Shown piece by piece: positions 48,075 through 56,500 of a stretch of 64,000 nt of DNA; the stretch's first letter is position 1; each line of letters opens with the position of its first letter. The notes under the pieces are model-generated. The model was not told where the DNA came from. It ran no database searches and saw only the letters and a list, made by a program, of their open reading frames with translations. Source of the DNA: an uncultured Candidatus Saccharibacteria bacterium (GTDB lineage Bacteria; Patescibacteriota; Minisyncoccia; Minisyncoccales; JANBVM01); assembly GCA_964514375.1 (NCBI GenBank), contig CAZEQH010000002.1:3742-67741 (forward strand). Reading direction: 5' to 3'. The position numbers and the translations under genes are program-made.

Positions 48075-48172
48075 GCCCGGCATAGGAAAATAACCCCATA
48101 ATCAGACCGAAAACAAAAAAGCCTCCTTATTTACAGGAAACTGTATTATAAAACCTTATTAGTGTATTTGTC

Positions 48173-50764
48173 TTAAGGGTTTATTGTTAATTCAAAGGTT
48201 TCCGGGTTGATTTTAATGGTATCTCCCTTTTTTACCTTATTGGAAAGCAAAGCTTTGGCTAAGGCATTGCCCACCTTATCCTGGATAACCCTGCTCATCT
48301 CCCTGGCTCCGAATTTAGGATTATAGCTTAGGTCCACTATTTTTCCTTTAAGCTCCGGAGTGACAAGCAGATTGATTTCTTTCCGTATAAGATTTTTTCT
48401 TACCTTTCTTAAAAGCAGTTCTGAAATATCAAGAAGATTTTCGCGGGTTAAAGCTTTAAATAATACTACGGCATCGAAACGATTGATAAACTCAGGCCTG
48501 AAAATCCCTTCCTTGAATAAGTAATCAAAAAGTTTTTCCTTTACCTCGTCCATATTCCTCTTATGTTTCAAGGCTTCGAGAATAATCAAATATCCCGCAT
48601 TGGAAGTGGCTATGATAATGGTGTTCTTAAAATCTACTTTTCTACCCAAACCATCGGTAATGTGGCCTTCGTCCAGCACCTGAAGGAAAAGATTCAGGAT
48701 ATTGGGATGGGCCTTTTCTATTTCATCGAGCAGTATAAGGGAAAAGGGATTTTCTCTGACTTTGGTTGTAAGCAGGCCTTCCTCACCGGTAGAACCTATT
48801 AGTCTGGGAATATCGGCGACGTCCTGGAATTCTGACATGTCCAATCTTATCGTCCTTTCTTCCGAGCCGAAGTAAATGGCAGCCAGAGATTTTGAAGTTT
48901 CGGTCTTCCCTACTCCAGTAGGACCTAAAAAGAGAAAAGACCCCATCGGCGCCTTTCTGATATTTATTTCAGATCTCGCCCTTCTCAGCGCATTGGAAAC
49001 TTCTTTTATGGCTTCCTCCTGGTTGACAATTCTTCTATGAAAGAGCTCTTCCAGGTTAAGCAGAATTTCTTTCTCCTTCTTTTCAACTTCCCCTACGGGA
49101 ATATCTGTTTTATCGGAGAATACTTTGGCTACCTGTTTGGGAAGGACCATCTTCTCTTTTTTCTGAGTTACATAAACCATTATTTCGTCTAAAAGTTCAA
49201 TGGCTTTTTCTGGAAAGGGAGTATCCTGCAGATATTTTTCACAGTAGGAAATTATGTCTCTCAGTGCCTGGTAAGAAACAAACTTTCCATATTTTAATTC
49301 CAGGCGCACCGCCATATTTTCCAGAACGGTAAGTATATCCCGCCGTGAAATTTCCGACACCTCAACCTTTTCAAAAAGATTAAGCAGGGCCGGGTTCTCT
49401 TCAATATATTTATGCAGGCCCTGATAAGTAGTAACCGCTATTATCTGAAACTGGGGCATATTGAGATATGAAGCTATTACTCCGGAGAGGTCCATTACTC
49501 CGGGTCGGCTGGGACCTCCTACAAAGTTATGGAATTCATCTATCATCAAAATTACGTTCCCCGCCGAAACAGCTTCGCTGAAGATTATCTCCAGCAGATC
49601 CCCGGAGCTTTTTACCGTATCGGCACGACTGATTAGTCCTGCTACATCCAGCCGCAGTATTCTCTTGTAATTCAAACCTGGAAGACTCTGTCCCAGGGCT
49701 CCTTTTTCCACAAATGCCTGGACTATGCTCTTTCTCCCGCTTCCCGGCTCCCCTATCAGCAGCACATTATTATCTTCCTCGCGCGACAAAATCCTTTCCA
49801 TCTCTTCAATGGAATCCTGATGCCCGATAATTTCAGGAAAGCCCTGTATCTGACACTGCAGGGTCAGATCAGTAGAAAATTTATCTAAGGTCACTGTATA
49901 TCCTGAAGACCATTCTCTGCCCAGGGATCCGAATTTCAGTAGATTATTCATTTCCCAGAACTTGCTTAATCGTCTTCTTTTCTCCTGAATCTGTTCCAAC
50001 CAGTCTGAGATGTTTTCTATGTCTTCTGCTTTTAAATCTGCATTTAACATTATTTTTTTAAAGACAGGGTCAGTGAAGGCTAATCCCGTAAGGATGTCTC
50101 CACAGCTTATTCTGCAGTGGCCCTTGCGATGGGCCACTTTAAGCGCTTCCAATATCACCTGTTCCAGTTCTGGATCCAGTTCCGCAGTCGTTCCATGATT
50201 GACGGCTTTATCAATCAGAGAATTATTACTTATTTGATTTAAGGTTTTCAGATTATTTTTCAGTATTTTCCTAACCTGGTCTGCATCAACAAGCCCGCGA
50301 TAAAAGACAAAGTTAAGCTCCGGATTGTTCCTTAACAGGAAATAAAACAGTAAAGAAGAATCAATATAGGGAAGCTTCTTGGAACGGCTGTATTTTTGAG
50401 ATTCGAAAAAAGCGTAAGCTGCCTCAAAACTCATAAATTCTGCCAGATTGAATCCGTAAGGATTTTCAACTACTTTCTCTAGGCTTGCAGAAAGAGAGGG
50501 ATGTTTAAGCATGGCAAGAAAAAATAATTCTTTGAGCCAGGCTAGGATGGTCAATACTAAAAATATCAAAGTGCTTCCCAGTATTTTCCGATTAAGGGAT
50601 TCTGTAAAATTAGACGGTACAAATCCGTACAGGAAAATAAAAAGGCTTATAAGATAAAGCAGCAGAAATATCTTTTTAAGGAATCCGGCGTAACCGAAAA
50701 AAGGATTTCTCTTCCAGAGAACTGCTTGGAAGATAGGGGTCTTTCCCAGTTTGAAATTAAGCAT
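48173..50764 (-). CDS. Clp/Hsp100-family AAA+ ATPase (ClpC/ClpA-like, two AAA modules) with an N-terminal TM region
   Basis: N-terminal ~100 aa with 2-3 TM helices. Clp_N-like repeat (ELDPELEQVILEALKVAHRKGH). D1 Walker A is atypical (LIGEPGSGRKS), with Walker B ILMIDEFH. D2 is canonical (LFLGPTGVGKTE, ILLDEIEKAH). No long ClpB middle domain. Confidence 0.75.
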   Translation of the reverse strand: MLNFKLGKTPIFQAVLWKRNPFFGYAGFLKKIFLLLYLISLFIFLYGFVPSNFTESLNRKILGSTLIFLVLTILAWLKELFFLAMLKHPSLSASLEKVVENPYGFNLAEFMSFEAAYAFFESQKYSRSKKLPYIDSSLLFYFLLRNNPELNFVFYRGLVDADQVRKILKNNLKTLNQISNNSLIDKAVNHGTTAELDPELEQVILEALKVAHRKGHCRISCGDILTGLAFTDPVFKKIMLNADLKAEDIENISDWLEQIQEKRRRLSKFWEMNNLLKFGSLGREWSSGYTVTLDKFSTDLTLQCQIQGFPEIIGHQDSIEEMERILSREEDNNVLLIGEPGSGRKSIVQAFVEKGALGQSLPGLNYKRILRLDVAGLISRADTVKSSGDLLEIIFSEAVSAGNVILMIDEFHNFVGGPSRPGVMDLSGVIASYLNMPQFQIIAVTTYQGLHKYIEENPALLNLFEKVEVSEISRRDILTVLENMAVRLELKYGKFVSYQALRDIISYCEKYLQDTPFPEKAIELLDEIMVYVTQKKEKMVLPKQVAKVFSDKTDIPVGEVEKKEKEILLNLEELFHRRIVNQEEAIKEVSNALRRARSEINIRKAPMGSFLFLGPTGVGKTETSKSLAAIYFGSEERTIRLDMSEFQDVADIPRLIGSTGEEGLLTTKVRENPFSLILLDEIEKAHPNILNLFLQVLDEGHITDGLGRKVDFKNTIIIATSNAGYLIILEALKHKRNMDEVKEKLFDYLFKEGIFRPEFINRFDAVVLFKALTRENLLDISELLLRKVRKNLIRKEINLLVTPELKGKIVDLSYNPKFGAREMSRVIQDKVGNALAKALLSNKVKKGDTIKINPETFELTINP

Positions 50765-50772
50765 AATAACTT

Positions 50773-51192
50773 TTAATAGAAAAATAGTCTCATTCCGTGG
50801 AAGAAAGCCCAGATTAAAAACACAGGCAGGGCAAACCAGGCCAGAAACACGAGAAGTCCTCCCGCCAATATGAGGATTTCCACAGCTGTTCCTACGACTA
50901 TCATGACGCTGCGGAAGATAGCTCCCAGTATTCTAAAAATGAGATTGGAAAAAAAGGATTCAAAATAAGCCCACGGGTCAAATCCTCTCGGGTATCCCCA
51001 GTAATACCGCCTCCAAGGAGAAAAGAAAGTCTTAATTAAGAGTGGAACGGAAAAATAGTTCAGTCCGAATTTAAGGAAATTATTCCAGGCTTTAAGGATA
51101 AAAAGCGGTGCCTCCCAAAGCTGCCATTTCAGCCATTTTATGCCGATGTTTTCTTTTTCCGATGATGCCTCCATGATTTTATTATAACACAA
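50773..51192 (-). CDS. hypothetical membrane protein
   Basis: Several hydrophobic helices; no motif recognised. Confidence 0.4.
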   Translation of the reverse strand: MCYNKIMEASSEKENIGIKWLKWQLWEAPLFILKAWNNFLKFGLNYFSVPLLIKTFFSPWRRYYWGYPRGFDPWAYFESFFSNLIFRILGAIFRSVMIVVGTAVEILILAGGLLVFLAWFALPVFLIWAFFHGMRLFFY

Positions 51193-51217
51193 ATTCCCCT
51201 TTTACTTTCTCTTATGG

Positions 51218-51574
51218 CTACTTTTTGATGAGTTTAATACCTAATTCCGCCATCTTTGACCCTCCAAATATAAGAACGCTAGCTCCGATAGCCCAGGTTG
51301 CCAGGTTGAATGTTTTATAAAGAGATTCCTGTGATATCATATCATTCAACTGATTTTTAAGCTGCTGGGATATCATTTCCTGTATCCCTTCAATTGTTGT
51401 GGGAGAGCCGGAGGCAGGAATGGAAGGGGAAGCAGTTTTGGCTGCCTTCATTTCAAAAACTTGGGGAACTTCGAGTTCTCCCGTAAATACGTTGTAAGAA
51501 TAGTAAAGGGTGAAAAGTATGACGGCTACGCCTGCTGCGAAGGTAATCCATCCTATGATGTTTGAAGATTCCAT
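51218..51574 (-). CDS. hypothetical membrane protein
   Basis: One hydrophobic helix at each end; no motif recognised. Confidence 0.4.
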   Translation of the reverse strand: MESSNIIGWITFAAGVAVILFTLYYSYNVFTGELEVPQVFEMKAAKTASPSIPASGSPTTIEGIQEMISQQLKNQLNDMISQESLYKTFNLATWAIGASVLIFGGSKMAELGIKLIKK

Positions 51575-51607
51575 ATTTTTTGAATTATTTTTTGACCTTT
51601 GAGGTTA

Positions 51608-52276
51608 TTATTTTATAATTTTAGCCCATCGATATTTTCCGAACTGGTCTTTGTAAAATTTAAACGAAGAATACTTTTTCCGTATAATATTTTCGATGTA
51701 TCTTTTCTGAAGAGGGTCGAACTCCAAGAAAATAAGGCCGTTTCCGTTTAAAAATTTTCTCGCCTCCTCAAGGAATCTTGTTATGTGCTTTATCCCCTTT
51801 TTACCCGAGAAAAGAGCTTCCCTGGGTTCATATTTTAAGGCGGATTTCTCTACCTCCTTTATCCTTTCTTCTGCCACATAAGGCGGATTGGCCAGTATCA
51901 ATTCGTATCTTTCCGTTACCTTGATGTCTTCGAATAAATTTGAACTTATTACCCTGTACTTTTTCTCTGGTATTTCGTTGATTTTCAAATTGATTCTTAT
52001 CTGGCTTAGGGCTTTCTTGCTGCTGTCTGCAAAATCGATTCTTTCACATAATCTAGGAAAAGATTTCGCGATCGCAATCCCTATACAGCCGCTCCCCGCA
52101 AACATATCCAGGGCATGAAAAGGTTTCTTGAATTTCTTTTGAATTTCCTTTATGGCTTTTGCCGTCCAGTACTCTGTTTCCATGCGGGGAATAAAAGCTT
52201 TTTTGGATAAATCTATTCTGCAATTAAGAAATTGTGAAAACCCTGAAATATATTCTTGGGGAAGAGGAACCTTCAT
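51608..52276 (-). CDS. prmC: release-factor glutamine N5-methyltransferase PrmC/HemK-like (short)
   Basis: IPRMETE, DMFAGSGCIGIA (SAM-binding), NPPY, YEPREAL. Confidence 0.75.
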   Translation of the reverse strand: MKVPLPQEYISGFSQFLNCRIDLSKKAFIPRMETEYWTAKAIKEIQKKFKKPFHALDMFAGSGCIGIAIAKSFPRLCERIDFADSSKKALSQIRINLKINEIPEKKYRVISSNLFEDIKVTERYELILANPPYVAEERIKEVEKSALKYEPREALFSGKKGIKHITRFLEEARKFLNGNGLIFLEFDPLQKRYIENIIRKKYSSFKFYKDQFGKYRWAKIIK

Positions 52277-52614
52277 TTTTTAAAAAGTTTTTGCAGCTCC
52301 CACAGCGTGTCTTCCGGTATGGGAGGAGCTTCTCCCTCGGGACTGATACCGGGATAGCGCCAGGCGCTTATTATCTTAATATTTTCTTTGCCGCCAGTTA
52401 GAACCTTTTGGTACATCATCCATATTTCGGTCGTATGTTTTTTGGTTCCTGCTTTTTGCATGGCAGCTACTGTTTGGGGAGCTATACCCAACTGCTTTCT
52501 GTCCGGGTCTTTCATAACCCTTTTGACTCTGGATTTCGACAAACCGTAATACCTCATCTTACTTTCAGAGTGCCTGGTCCAGACTATTTTATCTGCAGGT
52601 TTTATCAGCTTCAT
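52273..52614 (-). CDS. hypothetical protein (113 aa), translationally coupled between the nuclease gene and prmC
   Basis: 4-nt overlaps on both sides; no confident motif (weak resemblance to DUF4258-type small proteins). Confidence 0.4.
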   Translation of the reverse strand: MKLIKPADKIVWTRHSESKMRYYGLSKSRVKRVMKDPDRKQLGIAPQTVAAMQKAGTKKHTTEIWMMYQKVLTGGKENIKIISAWRYPGISPEGEAPPIPEDTLWELQKLFKK

Positions 52615-53450
52615 TTTTCCAGTAGAAGCTCGGCTTCCTCCCGCAGTTTTTCTACCTCTCGAATAGGTATCTTTAACCTGCTGGCAAGGTTTTTGGTTGA
52701 AAAATCCAGGAGGTCGCGCGCCAGCATTATTCTTTCTCTGGCGAAAATTTCCTTAAAGTATCTCTTAAATGAGGGAAGGATGGTAATGGGATAAAGATTT
52801 TTACGCTCTATCATCTTTTCCAGCCCCTTCCTGGGAGGAAATTTCCAGCCTAGCAAATCTATGCCGTTACAGCTGGCATATTTCTTTACCTCTGATGTAA
52901 ATTTGGCATTTGTTATTATCAAAGGTTTTACCCTGGCTTTCCTGAAATAAGCCCCTTTCTTAATATCCAGGAATCTGGCATAGCTGGTTAGGCCGACCTT
53001 TAAGTCCACCCTGTTGCCGGCCTGATGATGATACTTACACTCAGCCAAATAAACAATCTTGTCTTTTCTGGCTATAAAATCTATTTCATAAGAATTTATA
53101 CAAAATCCCGGTATAAACTGATTCATTTCTACTTCAAACTCATTCATGATAAAAACTTCTCCTACATATTTCTCAAAATCAAACCCGCTTGGACCCAATT
53201 TTCTCATGGCGTCCTTGAGGGAAAATTTGATACCGGAACGGAAAGAGGTGCCTATAAGCTTCTGTTTTACAGAATTGAATATTTCCGATGTTTCTATGCC
53301 GGGATAGGCCTCAGATGCTATCTGTTCGGCTATATCATTGGCTAATTTCTTGGAGGCCCCTATCCTTCTGCAAGAATTATAAACCTTGCGGAAAGAAAAA
53401 GGTTCTCTTTCTCCCCTGTTATTTATGACGTAAACATCTTCTTCAGTCAT
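52611..53450 (-). CDS. ATP-cone domain fused to an Mrr-like PD-(D/E)xK restriction-endonuclease domain
   Basis: N-terminal VYVINNRGEREPFSFRKV (ATP-cone); central EIDFIARKDKIVYLAECKYH (D-x-EC-K nuclease core, Mrr_cat-like). Confidence 0.5.
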   Translation of the reverse strand: MTEEDVYVINNRGEREPFSFRKVYNSCRRIGASKKLANDIAEQIASEAYPGIETSEIFNSVKQKLIGTSFRSGIKFSLKDAMRKLGPSGFDFEKYVGEVFIMNEFEVEMNQFIPGFCINSYEIDFIARKDKIVYLAECKYHHQAGNRVDLKVGLTSYARFLDIKKGAYFRKARVKPLIITNAKFTSEVKKYASCNGIDLLGWKFPPRKGLEKMIERKNLYPITILPSFKRYFKEIFARERIMLARDLLDFSTKNLASRLKIPIREVEKLREEAELLLEK

Positions 53451-53528
53451 TATAAGTATTATAATCCAAATCTTTTACGTTTTAAACTAAAAAGATTTGT
53501 CTTGAAACTTCGTTTTAAATGTAAAAGA

Positions 53529-53560
53529 GATAAAAAAAAGAAGGGCAGAAAGCACCCTTC
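53529..53560 (-). terminator. intrinsic terminator after the zinc-ribbon minigenes
   Basis: AGAAGGG-(cagaaagca)-CCCTTCT hairpin followed on the minus strand by TTTTTTTTAT. Confidence 0.5.
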
Positions 53561-53576
53561 TAAAAAGTTTTTCTCC

Positions 53577-53726
53577 TTAAAAAAGCAGGAAATGACAATT
53601 ATTACATCGATTGCTTTTATAATCATTTATACATCCGCATTCAGGACATCTGCATTCAGGAAATCTTCCTTGAATGAATCGTACGTCCTGATAACTATTT
53701 ACAATCATTTTTTCGTCAATGTTCAT
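53577..53726 (-). CDS. small zinc-ribbon protein (about 50 aa)
   Basis: CRCPEC ... CNNC four-cysteine ribbon. Start trimmed to MNIDEK to remove overlap. Confidence 0.45.
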   Translation of the reverse strand: MNIDEKMIVNSYQDVRFIQGRFPECRCPECGCINDYKSNRCNNCHFLLF

Positions 53727-53749
53727 AACAATATCACCCCCTCTCAGTT

Positions 53750-53923
53750 TTAAGAAGCATATAATGGGGACCAAGGCCGCTCAACAGGCTTTTCTTCTCC
53801 AACGGGAGGAGGAGCAAAAAACATTCTTCCGCAATTCCTGCAGAATCTCATTCTGCCTCCTTTGGCTACTACCTTCGGGTTCCCGCCTGCTTTACAATTC
53901 GGACAAAAGTTTTCTTTTTCCAT
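53750..53923 (-). CDS. small zinc-ribbon protein (about 58 aa)
   Basis: CPNC ... CRNC ribbon. Start at MEKENF is supported by AAGGGG 8 nt upstream. Confidence 0.5.
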   Translation of the reverse strand: MEKENFCPNCKAGGNPKVVAKGGRMRFCRNCGRMFFAPPPVGEEKPVERPWSPLYAS

Positions 53924-54251
53924 ATTTAACCCCTTTTTAAGGTGCAATTTGCGAGGCTTTCTGCCCCACCTTCTCTCCCTGTGGAGAAAGAGAGAGAAGG
54001 CCGGGCAAAAAGAAAAACCCAGGTTTTGCCTGGGAGGTGAATGCGTCTTGCTTGTCTTATCTCTATTTGTATCTTACTCGCGCATACTTCAAACCTCCCA
54101 GGAAACCTAGGATAATAAATAGGACGGAAATAATCTGGGAAGTTGTGAAGTTGAAAGTCTTCATAAATATTTAAATCTTCTTTTAAGATAACTTAATCAT
54201 CCTCCTTGTCAAGTGTAAAACCCTTATAAAGTTAAACTCAATCGAAAACTC

Positions 54252-54500
54252 TTAAAAGGCACCCTCCTTCTTTAATAGGGCTTTCTTTTTTGCCTTACCT
54301 CCCCTGAATTCTCCGATACTGCCGTCTGAGCGTATCACGCGGTGGCAGGGCACTTTTGGATTTCTATTTTCATGCATGATGTTCCCTACTGCCCGCCAGG
54401 CGCGAGGATAACCTGCTTTCTCTGCTACCCGCTTGTAGCTTAAAGTTTTTCCCTTCGGGATTTTAGCCACTACCCTATTAACCTTTTCCCTGAAAGTCAT
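54252..54500 (-). CDS. MGMT-family protein (methylated-DNA-protein-cysteine methyltransferase DNA-binding domain only)
   Basis: PCHRVI active-site motif; 82 aa, with no N-terminal domain. Confidence 0.8.
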   Translation of the reverse strand: MTFREKVNRVVAKIPKGKTLSYKRVAEKAGYPRAWRAVGNIMHENRNPKVPCHRVIRSDGSIGEFRGGKAKKKALLKKEGAF

Positions 54501-54752
54501 AGAAGGTTCGGGGCCTGCCCCGCACCCTACGTGGTGCGTGGTTCGAGGTTCGATGTTTATAATTAGGATTCAGGCAGTTCCCGAGGGGGACACTTCGCAG
54601 CCGAGCCTGGTAACAAATAACGTTTTACTGCCAATAGTCTGAGGGTCGGCGAGAAATAGAAGCAGCGGTGAGAGAATAATTATAGCTGTTTTAAGTTGAC
54701 TTCGTGTCGCCCGAAGGGACTGGCTGAAGATACGAGATACAATATACAACAT

Positions 54753-55958
54753 TTATTTCATTTTATACTTTTCCAGGGCTTGGCCTAAGAGTTTGACGGC
54801 TGTCCGCATTTTCTGAGCGGAAAGCACGAAAGCTATTCTTATCGCCCTTTTTCCCAATCCCCTGGTAGCATAAAAACCTTCGGCCGGAGATACCATGACT
54901 GTTTCCTTATTGACCGAAAATTTTGTCAGCATCCATTCCGTGAAAGCCTCAGCGTTCTTTACTGGAAGATCAGCTATCAGATAAAATGCTCCTCTGGGTT
55001 TTGAAAATTTTACACTTTCTATTTTACCCAATTCCTCGCACACGGCGTCCTTTCTTTTCTGATATTCCAGCGCTATTTTATGTGTGTATTTCCTGGATTT
55101 TTTAAGAACCGGTATGACTGCCTCCTGTTCTACCATAGGCAGCGAGAGTCGGCTTTGAGAAAATTTTACGGCAGCTTTAATGATATACTGATTTTTAGAA
55201 GCCAGGCATCCTATCCTGGCACCGCAGGCGTTTAAATTCTTGGAAATACTGCTGAGCAGAACAGCTCTTTCATGCGCCCTAACAAAATTCATGACAGAAT
55301 AATGCTTTTCTCCATCGTAAACAAATTCTCTGTAGGTTTCGTCGGAAATAATAAAAAGGTTACGGCGCTCTGCAATATCTATCAGCATTTCAATCTCGCT
55401 TCTCGTATAAACGGTTCCTGTAGGATTGTTGGGATTGCACAGCAGGACAGCTTTCGTTTTCTTGGTAATTTTCCCTTCTATTTCTTTGCGGGGAGGTAAA
55501 TGGAAATCTTTTTTAGGAAAACAGGTAACAGGCCTTAATTTCACTGCCGCCATGGCGGCGTAACCGTTATAAGTCGTGTAGAAAGGTTCGAAAACGATTA
55601 TTTCTTCTCCGGGATCGCACACGGAAAGAAAGGAGAATAAAATGGCCTCGCTTCCTCCTATGGTGGCTACGATATCAGATGTCTGGAAAGAAATATTAAA
55701 TGCCCGAAAATAGTCTCTCCAGGCCGACCTCAAATCATCAATGCCGGGAGAGGCGGTATAGATAAGTCTTTTCCCTTTGAAACCGGTTATTCTCTTTAAA
55801 ATCTCCTCAGGAGTTTTCAGGTCTGTCTGCCCAATATGTATCTCATATACTTTAATGCCTCTTTTTTTTACTTTCTCCAAAAGCGGAACAAATTTTCTGA
55901 TGGGAGAAGAGGGCATATTGGAGGCCCTCAGAGAAATTCGAAGAAGTTTTTTGCTCAT
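54753..55958 (-). CDS. class I/II PLP-dependent aminotransferase
   Basis: About 400 aa; SISKNLNACGARIG region consistent with the PLP-lysine segment of fold-type I aminotransferases. Confidence 0.7.
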   Translation of the reverse strand: MSKKLLRISLRASNMPSSPIRKFVPLLEKVKKRGIKVYEIHIGQTDLKTPEEILKRITGFKGKRLIYTASPGIDDLRSAWRDYFRAFNISFQTSDIVATIGGSEAILFSFLSVCDPGEEIIVFEPFYTTYNGYAAMAAVKLRPVTCFPKKDFHLPPRKEIEGKITKKTKAVLLCNPNNPTGTVYTRSEIEMLIDIAERRNLFIISDETYREFVYDGEKHYSVMNFVRAHERAVLLSSISKNLNACGARIGCLASKNQYIIKAAVKFSQSRLSLPMVEQEAVIPVLKKSRKYTHKIALEYQKRKDAVCEELGKIESVKFSKPRGAFYLIADLPVKNAEAFTEWMLTKFSVNKETVMVSPAEGFYATRGLGKRAIRIAFVLSAQKMRTAVKLLGQALEKYKMK

Positions 55959-56497
55959 ATCTCAGGTACCGTAAAGGTCTCTCCGTGTCCCGGGAAAACC
56001 TTAAAACCAGGTTTTAATATGTTATTTAATTTTTCCAGAGAAGAATTAAGCTGTTCCTCGGATCCCCCTGCCAAATCTGTCCTTCCCACCCCTTCATAGA
56101 ATAGAGTGTCTCCCGTCAGGATAAAATCTTTACCCAGCAGACAGATGCTGCCTTCCGTGTGTCCCGGGGTATGGATGACCTTTAATTCTTCATCGCCCAA
56201 TTTTACCACATCTCCTTCCTTAAGAAATCTGTCAACCTCAAACTCAATGAATTTTTTCTCTTTTTCGTGGATTAGAATCGGAGCTCCGGTCTCCTCCTTT
56301 ATCTTTAAGACGGCGGCGGTGTGGTCGCCGTGATAATGGGTGCAGATTATGGCTTTAAGATTTTTCCCGGAGTTTTTTACCAATTCCGAAATTTCTTTCG
56401 CGTTTCCGCCCGGGTCAACTAAAACCGCTTCTTTCCCTGAGCTTAGAAAATAGCAGTTGGTCCCCAAAAGACCAACTGCCAAATGAATAACTTCCAT
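55955..56497 (-). CDS. MBL-fold metallo-hydrolase (glyoxalase II-like)
   Basis: THYHGDH zinc motif, HTPGHT, GDTLF. Confidence 0.8.
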   Translation of the reverse strand: MEVIHLAVGLLGTNCYFLSSGKEAVLVDPGGNAKEISELVKNSGKNLKAIICTHYHGDHTAAVLKIKEETGAPILIHEKEKKFIEFEVDRFLKEGDVVKLGDEELKVIHTPGHTEGSICLLGKDFILTGDTLFYEGVGRTDLAGGSEEQLNSSLEKLNNILKPGFKVFPGHGETFTVPEI

Positions 56498-56500
56498 AGA

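Noticed and set aside
54500-54560. Third tRNA suggested by tandem GGTTCGA words
   Set aside because: No acceptor, D or anticodon stems can be paired around either GGTTCGA; it is not a cloverleaf.
54585-54665. Possible SRP RNA (GAAGCAGC core)
   Set aside because: Only the short core matches. The flanking GGUCxGGAAGG and closing-helix complementarity expected for bacterial 4.5S RNA are not recognisable by eye, so I kept it only as an unassigned structured region.
54570-54752. 60-aa minus-strand ORF in the aminotransferase-MGMT spacer
   Set aside because: No start context, low-complexity Leu/Ile-rich sequence, and it overlaps a hairpin-rich region that is better explained as non-coding.
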